A stretch of DNA of 64,000 bases, taken from the NCBI GenBank assembly GCA_038231135.1, contig JBBRLX010000014.1:28604-92603 (forward strand), in the 5' to 3' direction. The notes beneath the pieces were generated by a model. The model worked only from the letters and a program-made list of their open reading frames with translations, was not told the origin of the DNA and ran no database searches. Made by a program: the position numbers and the translations under genes. Below are positions 9,533-19,653 of the stretch, one piece after another. This DNA comes from Candidatus Eiseniibacteriota bacterium (lineage in GTDB: Bacteria; Eisenbacteria; RBG-16-71-46). Position 1 is the stretch's first letter; the number at the start of each line of letters is the position of its first letter.

Positions 9533-12500
9533 CTACACCGCCTCGACCGCCATCCGCGCTTCGACCCCCTCGACGTCGATCGCCTTGCCGTCCTCGCTCC
9601 CCGCGCGGTAGTCGAACGATTCCACGAGGCACTCGGTCGCGATCGTCTGCTCCCAGCGGCGCACGACGCCTAGTAGCGATTCCGGGCCCGCAAGCCGCAG
9701 CGCGATGCGGGCCTCGTATGGCAGGTCCTGATCCTTGCGCTCGGCCTGCACGTGGTGGATCAACTCGCGAATCTGGCCCTCCTCGAGCAGTTCGGGCGTG
9801 AGCTCCGTCGACACCACGACCACGCCACTGCGCCCCGGGCCGGCGGACCAGCCGGGTTTCGCCTCGAGGCGCACGAACACTTCGCTCTGGGCGAGCGTGA
9901 CGGCTTCTCCGTCGACCACGACCTCGATCGACCCGTCGGCGGCGAGTTTGCGCCGCACCTCGGCGGGGTCGAGCGCGGCGAGCGCGGCGCCGAGCTTCGG
10001 CAGCCGTTTGCCGAGTTTGGGGCCGAGCAGTTTGAGGTCGGGCTTCACCGAATAGCTCACGTACTTGTCGCCTTCGGTGGTGAACTCGACGCGCTTGAGA
10101 TTCAGCTCTTCCATGATCAGCCCGACATGCGTCTGCAGGCGCTCGGCCTGCTCGGCGCGCGACACGATGATCTCGGCGAGCGCGAGCGGCTGGCGCACCT
10201 TGAGCTTCGCGGCGGTGCGCGCGTTGCGCCCCGCGGACACCAGGTCGCGCACCTGCTCCATGAGCTCCGCGAGCGGCTCGTCGATCAGCGCGCCGTCGGC
10301 GACGGGGAAGTCCGCGAGGTGCACGCTCGCCGGCAGCGCCCCGCGAGTCTCACCGCGGAACCCGGTCCCCGCCAGCGTCTGCCACAGCGTCTCCGCGAAG
10401 AACGGAGTGAACGGCGCGAGCAGCTTGCTCAGCGTGAGCAGGCATTCGTATAGCGTCCCGTACGCGTCCCACTTGTCCTGGGCCTTCTCGGCGCTCCAGA
10501 ACCGCGGCCGCGAGCGGCGCACGTACCAGTTGCTGAGCGCGTCGACGAAATCGTTGAGCCGGCGCGCGGCGGGGAAGTTCTCGAACCGGTCGAGGCTGTC
10601 GCGCACGCCACGCACGGTGCGATGCAGCTCGGACACGATCCAGCGGTCCAGTTCCGCGCGCTCGGCCACGGGCCGCGCGTGCGCGCCGGGCTCGAAGCCG
10701 TCGATGTTCCCGTAGATCACGAGGAAGCTGAACACGTTGTACAGCCGCACCAGGAACTCGCGGTGCGCGTCGCGGATGTTCTGCTCCTGGAACCGCACGG
10801 TGGTCCACGGCACCTGCGCGCTGAAGAAATACCAGCGCATCGCGTCGGCGCCGTATAGATCGAAGATCTGCGACGGCTCGCGATAGTTGCGCAGCCGCTT
10901 AGACATCTTGGCGCCGTCCTCGCCCAGCATGAACCCGAGCACGATGCAGGTGCGGAACGGAATGGGGTAGGCGTGCGGCTGGAGGCCGCCGGGCAGGGCG
11001 GCGGCGCGATGCGCAACGGCCCCCGTCCCGGTCTTCGAATCGGGATCACTGTCGCTGCTCGACGCGGCCTCGCCAGCAGCCGTCTCCGCCGCCGGCCCGA
11101 ACAGCAGCGTATGGATCGCGAGCAGCGCATAAAACCAGCCGCGCGTCTGGTCGATGGCCTCGCTGATGAAGTCCGCCGGAAATCGCGACTTGAACAACCC
11201 GGCGCTGCCCGACACATGCGGATAGCCCCACTGCGCGAACGGCATGCTGCCGGCGTCCCACCACACGTCGATCACGTCGCGAACGCGGCGCATGCGCGCG
11301 CCGGGGGCGAACGGGCTGTCGTAGGTCCACTCGTCGATGTACGGCTTGTGCACACGCAGGTGCTCGGGGAGAGTGGCGTCTGCCGCGAGCTTCCCGTCCC
11401 AGAATCCACCGTCGGTCGCGCCGGGCCTGGACGTCAGTTCCATGAACGAGCCCATCGCCTCCATGCGGTGGGTGCGCTCGCACACCCAGATCGGCAGCGG
11501 CGTGCCCCAGAACCGCTCGCGCGACAACGCCCAGTCGACGTTGTTGCGCAGGAAGTCGCCGAACCGGCCCTCCTTGATGTGCTCGGGCAGCCAGTGCATC
11601 AGCGCGTTGTTCTTGAGGAACTCGCCCTTGAACTGTGACGTGCGCACGAACCAGCTCATGCGGGCGTACTGGATCAACGGATCGTTCTCGGCACGCGGCG
11701 AGAATGGGTACTCGTGGCGGATCTGTTCCTGGTGATAGAGCAGGTTCCGCTCCTTCAAGTCGCGCGAGATCTCCTTGTCGCACTCCTTGATGAACCGCCC
11801 GCGCCATGCGGCGGGCGCGTCGTCCGAGAACGTGCCGTCGGGCTTCACCGCGCACAGCAGCGGGATCGCGTTGGGGTCCGTAAACCGCTTGCGTTCGGCC
11901 TGCAGCAGCTCGAAGTCGACTTCGCCGAACGCCGGCGCCTCGTGGACGAGGCCGGTGCCGGAATCGAGCGTGACGAATTCGGCCGCAAGCACCCGCCAGC
12001 CGATCGTCGCCTCGCCGCCGGCCGCGAGCTTCGCCTTGCGCTGCGCGAGCGGCGCGCCCTCGGGCAGCGCCGGCAGTAGCGACGTGCGCGCGGCGTAGAT
12101 GTCGAACGGCGGCGCGTAGCGCAGCCCCAGCAGCTCCGAACCCTTCAGCGTGCACAGCACCGCCAGCTCGCGCTTCACCTTCTTCGCCACCGAGTCGACG
12201 AGGCTCGCCGCGATCACGAGCCGCTCGCCGTCCACCGGGTCCTGCACCAGCGCGTAGTCCAGTTCGGGATGCACCACGGCGAAGTGATTGCTGACGAGCG
12301 TCCACGGCGTCGTGGTCCACACGAGCAGGCTGGTGCGCGCGGCGTCGGGCATGCCGGGCGCCGCGGACAGCGTATCGAGCAGCGGAAACTTCACGAACAC
12401 GCTCGGGTCGTCGACGGTGCGATAGCCTTCACCCACCTCGCCCGCCGACAGCGCAGTGCCGCCCTGCGGCCACCACCACACGACCTTGTGGCCCTGGTAC

Positions 12501-13027
12501 AGGAGCCCGCGCTCGAACAGCGTCTTGAGCGACCACCACACGCTCTCGACGTAGCTCTGATGGTAGGTGACGTACGCCTCGTCGAGGTTCACCCAGAATC
12601 CCATCCGGCGCGTCAGCTCCTCCCATTCGCGCGTGTAGCGGAACACGCTGTCGATGCACTTGCGGACGAACCGCTCGACGCCGTAGGCCTCGATGTCCTC
12701 CTTGGAGTGGATGCCGAGCTCCTTGCACACCTCGACCTCGACCGGCAGGCCGTGCGTGTCCCAGCCCGCCTTCCGCTCCACCAGCTCGCCGCGCATGGTG
12801 CGGTAGCGCGGGAACAGGTCCTTCATCGCGCGGGTCAGCGCGTGGCCCGGGTGCGGCATGCCGTTCGCGGTCGGCGGCCCTTCGTAGAACACGAACCGCG
12901 GGGCGTCCTTGCGATTCTCGAGCGAGCGGCCGAACACGTCGAACCGGTCCCAGAACTCGCGGACGCGTTTCTCGGCGGCGGGGAAGTCGAAGTTGGGCGG
13001 CAGCGGTTCGAACACGGGCAACTCCAT
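9533..13027 (-). CDS. ileS: Isoleucyl-tRNA synthetase (type 2-like)
   Basis: FYEGPPTANGMPHPGH, GWDTHGLPVE, WTTTPWT editing motif, DWALSRERFWGTPLP, KMSKR, LSNWYVRRSR. Confidence 0.97.
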   Translation of the reverse strand: MELPVFEPLPPNFDFPAAEKRVREFWDRFDVFGRSLENRKDAPRFVFYEGPPTANGMPHPGHALTRAMKDLFPRYRTMRGELVERKAGWDTHGLPVEVEVCKELGIHSKEDIEAYGVERFVRKCIDSVFRYTREWEELTRRMGFWVNLDEAYVTYHQSYVESVWWSLKTLFERGLLYQGHKVVWWWPQGGTALSAGEVGEGYRTVDDPSVFVKFPLLDTLSAAPGMPDAARTSLLVWTTTPWTLVSNHFAVVHPELDYALVQDPVDGERLVIAASLVDSVAKKVKRELAVLCTLKGSELLGLRYAPPFDIYAARTSLLPALPEGAPLAQRKAKLAAGGEATIGWRVLAAEFVTLDSGTGLVHEAPAFGEVDFELLQAERKRFTDPNAIPLLCAVKPDGTFSDDAPAAWRGRFIKECDKEISRDLKERNLLYHQEQIRHEYPFSPRAENDPLIQYARMSWFVRTSQFKGEFLKNNALMHWLPEHIKEGRFGDFLRNNVDWALSRERFWGTPLPIWVCERTHRMEAMGSFMELTSRPGATDGGFWDGKLAADATLPEHLRVHKPYIDEWTYDSPFAPGARMRRVRDVIDVWWDAGSMPFAQWGYPHVSGSAGLFKSRFPADFISEAIDQTRGWFYALLAIHTLLFGPAAETAAGEAASSSDSDPDSKTGTGAVAHRAAALPGGLQPHAYPIPFRTCIVLGFMLGEDGAKMSKRLRNYREPSQIFDLYGADAMRWYFFSAQVPWTTVRFQEQNIRDAHREFLVRLYNVFSFLVIYGNIDGFEPGAHARPVAERAELDRWIVSELHRTVRGVRDSLDRFENFPAARRLNDFVDALSNWYVRRSRPRFWSAEKAQDKWDAYGTLYECLLTLSKLLAPFTPFFAETLWQTLAGTGFRGETRGALPASVHLADFPVADGALIDEPLAELMEQVRDLVSAGRNARTAAKLKVRQPLALAEIIVSRAEQAERLQTHVGLIMEELNLKRVEFTTEGDKYVSYSVKPDLKLLGPKLGKRLPKLGAALAALDPAEVRRKLAADGSIEVVVDGEAVTLAQSEVFVRLEAKPGWSAGPGRSGVVVVSTELTPELLEEGQIRELIHHVQAERKDQDLPYEARIALRLAGPESLLGVVRRWEQTIATECLVESFDYRAGSEDGKAIDVEGVEARMAVEAV

Positions 13028-13139
13028 GAGGCCGGGCAGGGCTGAGGATGGAAGGGCTGGGTCCGGGGGAATCTAGACGACTTCCGCGCGAATCGTGAAC
13101 TGCCCCGCAGGGATGGCTTCAGAGTCGGCGTGCGGGTGA

Positions 13140-13416
13140 CGTATCTTCCCCGAATCGCACATCCGGACGTTCTCCCCCTATTACAACGTCCGTAAGGACG
13201 CCGTGTACCCGCCCACGCTGTTCACGAGCTCCACGCGTGACGATCGCGTGCAACCCCGGCCATGCCCGCAAGACGGTGGCGAAGTTGGAGGCCCAGGGTC
13301 ACGACGTGCTGTACTACGAGAACGTGGAAGGCGGCCACGCCGGCGCCTCGGACAACAAGCAGCAGGCGTTCATGAGCGCGCTGATCTATGGATTTCTGTG
13401 GGGGCGGTTGAGGTAA
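13140..13416 (+). pseudogene. C-terminal remnant of an S9 prolyl oligopeptidase with a +1 frameshift
   Basis: Reads SPYYNVRKDAVYPPTLFTSSTRDDRV, then one extra base at ~13252, then PGHARKTVAKLEAQGHDVLYYENVEGGHAGA...stop 13416. An in-frame TGA sits at 13137 and the N-terminal part is absent. Confidence 0.85.
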
Positions 13417-13472
13417 GGGGGTTCGTTCCGGCGCATCGCCCAACCCCCACACCTTCGCTTACACTCCGTCCC

Positions 13473-16163
13473 ATGGCCTTCTGCACCCAATGCGGCACGA
13501 CCGTCCCCGGCTCCGCGCGCTTCTGCCCGGCTTGCGGCGCCGAGCAGAGCTCGATGTCGCAGATGGCGACCGCCGTCTCGCCGGCCGGGAGCGCGGCGCC
13601 CGTCACGCCGTCGATTCCGATCGGGCGCCTCGACAGCTCGTCGTCGAGCGCCGGCGCGTTCGCCCCGGGCGCCGTGCTCGGCGGGCGCTACCGGATCATC
13701 GGGTTGCTCGGCCGCGGCGGCATGGGCGAGGTGTACCGCGCCGACGACCTCAGGCTCGGCCAGCCGGTGTCGCTCAAGTTCCTGCCGCGATCGCTGGCGT
13801 CCAAGCCGGCGTTGCTCGAGCGGTTCAACGCCGAGGTGCGGCACGCGCGCCAGGTGTCGCACCCCAACGTGTGCCGGGTGTACGACATCGGCGAGATCGA
13901 CGGCCAGTCGTTCCTGACGATGGAGTACGTGGACGGCGAGGACCTCGCGACGCTGCTGCGCCGCATCGGGCGGCTGCCGGCCGCCAAGGCGAACGAGGTC
14001 GCCCGGCAGTTGTGCGCCGGGCTGTACGCCGCGCACGAACAGGGCGTACTGCACCGCGACTTGAAGCCGTCGAACGTGATGATCGACAACGAAGGCCGCG
14101 CGCGGATCACCGACTTCGGACTCGCAGTGCGCAGCGACGAGACCGTGGCGGGCGACACCTCGGGCACGCCGGCCTACATGGCGCCCGAGCAGTTCGAGGG
14201 CGGTGCGGCGACGGAGCGCAGCGACCTCTATTCGCTCGGGCTGATCCTGTACGAGATGTACACCGGGCAGCGGCCGTTCGAGGCGGCGAGCGCCGCGGAG
14301 TGGCGCACGCGCCACACGCGCGCCGAGCCCACGCTACCGTCGGCGGTGGACGCAGGCATCGACGACGCGGTCGAGCGCGCGATTCTGCGATGCCTCGAGA
14401 AGGATCCATCGCGGCGTCCGTCCTCGGCGCTGCAACTCGCGTCCGCTCTGCCGGGCGGCAATCCGCTGGCGGAGGCGCTCGCCGCGGGCGAGACGCCGTC
14501 GCCCGAGATGGTCGCGGCGGCCGGGGGAGAGGGCGGCTCCGCGCCGCGCGCGGCGTGGGTCAAGCTGCTGGGCGTGGTCGTGACGATCGTGGCGATCCTC
14601 ATGCTGTCGCCGTATTCGAGCGATCTCGGCCTCGCGCCCTACACCAACAGCGCCGATGTGCTGCGGGATCGCGCCCGCGACGTGCTGGCCACGGCCGGCC
14701 TGACGGCCCGCCCCCAGGATTCCGATAGCTGGCTGCAACGCGACTACGTCCCGATTCACTACCTGTCGGTGCTCACTCCGTCCACCTGGTGGCGCAGGCA
14801 CATGGCCGCCCAGGGACCGCCGATCTCGTTCACGTATCGGCAGAGCCCGCGCTGGATGGAGAACGACTGGACGGCGCGTGTCGCGTACGACGATCCGGCC
14901 TACGAGGTGTCGGGCATGGGAACCGTGACGCTCGACGGCAAGGCGCGGCTGCGATTGCTGAGGATCGTCCCGCCGCAGCTCGATTCCACCGCGACCGCCG
15001 CCTCCCCGCCGGACTGGGCGCCGCTGTTCCGTGACGCCGGCCTCGATGCGGGCCGGTTCCATGCCGTCGTTCCTATATGGCTGTCTCCCGAGGCGTTCGA
15101 CACACGGTCGGAGTGGACCGGGCCGGCGCCGTGGGATTCGTCGACGGCGCTGCGGGTGTCCGCCGCGGGGTTCCATGGCAAACCGGTGTACTTCGAGGTG
15201 TTCGGCCCCTGGTCGCGGCCGCAGCGCATGCTCGAAACGAAAGGGACCACGTCGGCATCGATCGCCGGGGCCATGATCCCGATCGCGATCACGTTGATGC
15301 TGGTGGTGGGCGTGTTCTTCGCCCGCCGCAACCTGGCGCTCGGTCGCGGGGACCGCCGGGGAGCGCTGCGGCTCGCGTGGTTCCTGTTCGTGATGGCGAT
15401 GCTGTCGTTCTTCCTCCGCGGTCATCACCTGGGCGACTTCAGCCTCGAGTTCGGCACGCTCATCGCCAGTATCGCCCGCGCGCTGCTGGCCTCGAGCATC
15501 ATCTCGATGCTGTACCTCGCGCTCGAACCCTACGTGCGCCGCCGCATGCCCGAGCTGCTGATCGGCTGGGCGCGGCTGCTCGAGGGTCGCACGCGCGATC
15601 CGCGCATCGGGCGCGACGTAATGATCGGCGCATGGATCGGCAGCCTCGTCGCGCTGGTGGTCCACGTGACGAACGCGCTCCCGACGTGGATCCCGTTCCT
15701 GGGGCAGACGCCGTTGTCCCCCAATGTGGACGCGATGTACGGCGGCCGACGGTTCCTGGCGGTGCTGTTCTCGCTGCCGATCAACACGCTGGTGACGGCA
15801 ACCCTGCTGTTCAGCGTGCTGTTCGTGCTGCGGGTCGTGCTCCGCCAGCCGCGGCTGGCCGTGGCGGGACTGATGGTGTTCATCACGCTGTCGGCGCTGG
15901 GCGGGGAGAACTTCGCGCTCGAGACGCCCGGCGCCGTGGTGATGGGTGCCTTGATGACGCTCGCGCTCGCGCGTTTCGGGCTGCTCACCGCCGTGACCGC
16001 GACGCTGTTCCAGACCGCGCTCACGTTCATCCCGCTGCCGCTGGACTTCACGGCGCCGTACGCCACGTCCACGATCGTGACGCTCGTGGTGCTGCTCGCA
16101 CTCACGCTGTATGCGTTCCGCATTTCGCTGGGATCGCAGAAGCTGTTCACGCTCGAGGATTGA
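13473..16163 (+). CDS. Zinc-ribbon Ser/Thr protein kinase with extracytoplasmic domain and multi-pass membrane C-terminus
   Basis: FCTQCG..FCPACG; LGRGGMGEVY, HRDLKPSN, DFG, GTPAYMAPE; many hydrophobic helices. The true start is probably 13473 because the track's 13203 start reads through the S9 remnant. Confidence 0.92.
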   Translation: MAFCTQCGTTVPGSARFCPACGAEQSSMSQMATAVSPAGSAAPVTPSIPIGRLDSSSSSAGAFAPGAVLGGRYRIIGLLGRGGMGEVYRADDLRLGQPVSLKFLPRSLASKPALLERFNAEVRHARQVSHPNVCRVYDIGEIDGQSFLTMEYVDGEDLATLLRRIGRLPAAKANEVARQLCAGLYAAHEQGVLHRDLKPSNVMIDNEGRARITDFGLAVRSDETVAGDTSGTPAYMAPEQFEGGAATERSDLYSLGLILYEMYTGQRPFEAASAAEWRTRHTRAEPTLPSAVDAGIDDAVERAILRCLEKDPSRRPSSALQLASALPGGNPLAEALAAGETPSPEMVAAAGGEGGSAPRAAWVKLLGVVVTIVAILMLSPYSSDLGLAPYTNSADVLRDRARDVLATAGLTARPQDSDSWLQRDYVPIHYLSVLTPSTWWRRHMAAQGPPISFTYRQSPRWMENDWTARVAYDDPAYEVSGMGTVTLDGKARLRLLRIVPPQLDSTATAASPPDWAPLFRDAGLDAGRFHAVVPIWLSPEAFDTRSEWTGPAPWDSSTALRVSAAGFHGKPVYFEVFGPWSRPQRMLETKGTTSASIAGAMIPIAITLMLVVGVFFARRNLALGRGDRRGALRLAWFLFVMAMLSFFLRGHHLGDFSLEFGTLIASIARALLASSIISMLYLALEPYVRRRMPELLIGWARLLEGRTRDPRIGRDVMIGAWIGSLVALVVHVTNALPTWIPFLGQTPLSPNVDAMYGGRRFLAVLFSLPINTLVTATLLFSVLFVLRVVLRQPRLAVAGLMVFITLSALGGENFALETPGAVVMGALMTLALARFGLLTAVTATLFQTALTFIPLPLDFTAPYATSTIVTLVVLLALTLYAFRISLGSQKLFTLED

Positions 16164-16239
16164 GGCGGCGGCGGGGCGCGCGGCGCTCCCCGGCTCGTCG
16201 AGGGGACGGGATGTGCCGGTGGGATCGCCAACGTGCCGC

Positions 16240-17196
16240 CTATTTCGCGCCGCCCCCGTAGTGTTCCCGCGCCCATGCCACGGTCTCCCGCGCGCCGGCA
16301 TCGAGCGGCGTGGCGGACGCGCCGAACCGCTCGCGGAACCGCCGGTCGTCGCAGATGAACGGTACCTCCCATTGATACGCCATCTCCGACAACTCGCGCA
16401 TCATCGGCGCGAACAGGCTCATCGCCTGCAACACAATCCGCGGGACGCGCTGCGTGCGGATGTCGCGGCCGAGGGCCGTCCCCAGCCGCCGCACCATGCC
16501 GTTCGTGGTGTCGGCAGGGGCGCACGGCAGCATCCACCAGCCGCCACAGGCGTCGTCGGGAGCCTCCCCGAGCGTGGCGAGTCCGTCCGCGACGTCGCGC
16601 GTGAAGTGATAGGTGTGGGGCACGTCCGGGTTCACGACGAGTTGCGCGGGCTTGCCCTCGAGTACGCGCGGCCAGAAAAAGTCGCCAAAGTAGCTCTGCG
16701 TGCCGCCGGGACCGTAGAAGTCGGCGGCACGTCCAGCGACCGCGCGCACGGCGCCGCGCCGGTGCGCGTCGAATAGCAGGTCGGCGACGCGCGCCCGCAC
16801 CTCGCCCTTGCGGCTCGCCGGCTGCGGTGGTGTCGCCTCGTTCATCGGGCCCGCCGGCCGCCCCAGCATGTAGAGATTGTCGAGCACCACGAGTCGCGCG
16901 CCGGTTCCGCCGGCGGCCGCGATCAGGCTCGTCATGATGCGCGGCAATTCCACGGCCCAGACGGGCAGGCTGTACGCCGGGTTCATACAGTGGTAGACGG
17001 CCGCCGCCCCGCGCGAGACACCCGCCGCGAACGCCATGTCGCCGGCGTCGCCGGCCACGACCTCAATGCCGTCGACCGGCCGGCCCGCCGTGCGGCGGAC
17101 GATGCGGACGTCGTGACCCCGGGCGGCGAGCGACCGCGCCAGGTGAGGGCCGATCTGGCCGGCGCCGAAGATCACGTGGAGCGAACGGGGGCCCAT
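16240..17196 (-). CDS. NAD-dependent epimerase/dehydratase (atypical SDR)
   Basis: IFGAGQIG Rossmann motif, DNLYMLG, RAADFYGPG. Confidence 0.9.
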   Translation of the reverse strand: MGPRSLHVIFGAGQIGPHLARSLAARGHDVRIVRRTAGRPVDGIEVVAGDAGDMAFAAGVSRGAAAVYHCMNPAYSLPVWAVELPRIMTSLIAAAGGTGARLVVLDNLYMLGRPAGPMNEATPPQPASRKGEVRARVADLLFDAHRRGAVRAVAGRAADFYGPGGTQSYFGDFFWPRVLEGKPAQLVVNPDVPHTYHFTRDVADGLATLGEAPDDACGGWWMLPCAPADTTNGMVRRLGTALGRDIRTQRVPRIVLQAMSLFAPMMRELSEMAYQWEVPFICDDRRFRERFGASATPLDAGARETVAWAREHYGGGAK

Positions 17197-17263
17197 GGTC
17201 GGGCAGAGTACACGGGATGAGCGTCAAGCACAGGTTCGGACGGGCCGATGCTACTATTCCATC

Positions 17264-18850
17264 ATGTCCCGAGCCCCGTCCCGCATGGATCTGCACGCCG
17301 GTCCCTACCTGGCCGAGCCGCGGGTCCGCGGCGAGTGGCGGCTGCGCGCGCATCCCCGGGTGTGGGCCATCAGTGCCGGGCTCCGCTCGCTCCACGTCGC
17401 GCTGGATTTCGCGATGGTATTCGCGAGCTGGTACGCCACGCTCTGGATCATCTCGGGAGTGATGCACGTGCAGCTCGTCGTGCCGTGGGTCGTGAGCCCG
17501 GCGGTGCCGCTGTGCCTGTCGGTGTTCGTGCTGTTCTTCATGCAGTCGATGAACGCCTACCGCGACCGGAGGTTCATCACCGATCCCGGCGACTGGCTGA
17601 ACGTGCTGATCGCCGCCGGGCTCAGCGTGGCGACCGCCCTGGTGTTCGCGATCCTGCTGCACGTGGTCGACGTCACCCAGATCTCGCGGCGGCTGGTGAT
17701 TGGCCATGCCGTGCTGCTCGGCATCGGGCTCCTGCTCGACCGGCAGGTGATGCGCGCGATCCGCAACCGGCTGCGCCGCCGTGGCCACGACGTGCGGCGC
17801 GTGCTGCTGGTCGGCTCGGGCTCCGGTGCGCGCCGCGTGCGCGATCACATGCGCAAGCATCCTTCGAACGGCATGCACTACGTGGGCACGCTCGGCGTGC
17901 GGCGCAAACGCGATCGCGGCCGCCCGGCGCCGGTCGTGGCCGCGCCGCCTTTGACTGTGGCGGCGCCGGTCGACGCGAACGCCGCCGACAGCGGAGCGTC
18001 CGAGCCCGAGTTCGACCTCGAACGGCTGGCCCGCGTCGCGCGCCGGCTCGAGGTGGACGAGGTGATCGTGGCGTGGCCGGAGGCGCCGCTCGAGCGCACG
18101 ATCCCGCTGATCGTCAAGCTCGACCGCCTGCACGTGCGTGTGCGCATCCTGCACCCGTCGTTCCACATGCTGTCGGAGCGCCTGCCGATGCACTTCGAGA
18201 CAGTGCACGGCGAGCCCATGGTGGAGATCAGCCCGTATCACGGTGGCGCGCTGCGCTCCGGGCTCAAGCGGACGTTCGACTTCCTGTTCGGAACGCTCGC
18301 GCTGGTCGCGAGCCTGCCCCTGTGGCTCGTGATCGGCCTGGTGATCCGGCTGCAGGACGGCGGGCCGGTGTTCTACCGGCAGCCGCGCGTGACGCGGGGC
18401 GGCCGCACGTTCCGGCTGCTCAAGTTCCGCACGATGATCCCCGACGCCGATCAGCGGCTCGACGAGATCGCGCACCTCAACATGCGCGAAGGCCCGATGT
18501 TCAAGGTGCCCGACGACCCGCGCTGCACACCCGCCGGGCGCTGGCTGCGGCGCTACCGGCTCGACGAGTTGCCGCAGTTCATCAACGTTTTGCGCGGCGA
18601 AATCGGGGTGGTGGGCACCCGCCCGCCGCTGGTGCGCGAGGTGGAGCAGTACTGGCCGTGGCAGACGGTGCGGCTGCGCCGCTGGATCGGCATCACGGGC
18701 CTGTGGCAGATCTGCGGCCGCGACGACGTCACGTTCGACGAGGTCGTGCTGTTCGACCTGTTCTACGACCGCAATACCAATTTCTTCCTCGATGTCGCGA
18801 TCATCTGGAAGACGATCGGCGTCGTGCTGAGCGGCCGCGGCGGCTACTGA
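17264..18850 (+). CDS. Polyprenyl-phosphate sugar phosphotransferase (WcaJ/WbaP-like)
   Basis: N-terminal TM helices, VLLVGSG CoA-binding-like domain, LKRTFD, KFRTM, DDPR.T..G.WLRRYRLDELPQFINVLRGE. Start uncertain (17195/17264). Confidence 0.92.
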   Translation: MSRAPSRMDLHAGPYLAEPRVRGEWRLRAHPRVWAISAGLRSLHVALDFAMVFASWYATLWIISGVMHVQLVVPWVVSPAVPLCLSVFVLFFMQSMNAYRDRRFITDPGDWLNVLIAAGLSVATALVFAILLHVVDVTQISRRLVIGHAVLLGIGLLLDRQVMRAIRNRLRRRGHDVRRVLLVGSGSGARRVRDHMRKHPSNGMHYVGTLGVRRKRDRGRPAPVVAAPPLTVAAPVDANAADSGASEPEFDLERLARVARRLEVDEVIVAWPEAPLERTIPLIVKLDRLHVRVRILHPSFHMLSERLPMHFETVHGEPMVEISPYHGGALRSGLKRTFDFLFGTLALVASLPLWLVIGLVIRLQDGGPVFYRQPRVTRGGRTFRLLKFRTMIPDADQRLDEIAHLNMREGPMFKVPDDPRCTPAGRWLRRYRLDELPQFINVLRGEIGVVGTRPPLVREVEQYWPWQTVRLRRWIGITGLWQICGRDDVTFDEVVLFDLFYDRNTNFFLDVAIIWKTIGVVLSGRGGY

Positions 18851-19653
18851 AGCGCCGGTGTCGCCGGTCGCTTCGGCAATCCCCGCCACTTCGCCACGAA
18901 TTTGAGGAACGATCCCGCGTGCGCCGCCGCGGCCGCCGAGCCCAGGCGCCGGCTCGCGCGCACGTGCGCGTGTCGGGCCGTCAGCGACGGGTCGTAGCGC
19001 ACGCGCCAGCCGCGCCGCCACAGGTCCATGCACAGGTCCACGTCCTCGAAGTACAGGAAGTAGCGCGGATCGAACACCGGCTCCGGGCCTTCGGGATCGC
19101 GGAGCGCCGCGCGTCTCAAGAACAGCGCCGCCCCCAGCAGCCAGTCGACGTCCGCGGGGACTCCCGGCGTGTCATCCATCATCAGGTGCTCGCGCCAGAA
19201 CCCCGGTGCGTCGCGGCGGTCGCGGCCCGGAATCCGCGCGTACAGCGCCGCGGCCCAGGTGTAGAACCGGCGCGCGGTGCGCTGCGGCGCGCCATCGAAG
19301 CCGGTCAGCCGCGGGCCGAGCGCGCCCAGCGTGGGATCCGACTCGAGCCGCGCGAGGCCGGCATCGAGCATCGGGCCGTCGAACTCGAGATCGGGGTTCG
19401 CGAGGAACAGCACCGGCGACCGCGCCATGCGGGCGGCGGCGTTCACGCCGCGGCCGAACCCGAGATTGGGCTGCTCGATCACCCGCGTACGCGATTCCAG
19501 CGCGGGGATCGGCGCCACGCGCTGGGACGGAGAATGGTTCACCACGATCCATTCGTAGTCGGCGGCGGGGGGTTTCGCCGCCAGCACGCGCTGCGCCTCG
19601 GCCAGCGCGGAAGCATTGTGATACGAGACGGTGAGGATCGAGACCGCCGTCAT
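18844..19653 (-). CDS. GT2 glycosyltransferase (WbbL-like)
   Basis: SILTVSY, NLGFGRGVN, LFLANPD, VDWLLGAA, FDPRYFLYFEDVDLC; ATGA coupling to the upstream gene at 19653-19650. Confidence 0.92.
   Translation of the reverse strand: MTAVSILTVSYHNASALAEAQRVLAAKPPAADYEWIVVNHSPSQRVAPIPALESRTRVIEQPNLGFGRGVNAAARMARSPVLFLANPDLEFDGPMLDAGLARLESDPTLGALGPRLTGFDGAPQRTARRFYTWAAALYARIPGRDRRDAPGFWREHLMMDDTPGVPADVDWLLGAALFLRRAALRDPEGPEPVFDPRYFLYFEDVDLCMDLWRRGWRVRYDPSLTARHAHVRASRRLGSAAAAAHAGSFLKFVAKWRGLPKRPATPALQ

Noticed and set aside
13028..13139. T-box leader for ileS
   Set aside because: Too short, and no T-box consensus or terminator seen.
13203..13472. N-terminal extension of the kinase ORF
   Set aside because: It is read-through from the frameshifted S9 remnant; the zinc ribbon starts at ATG 13473.
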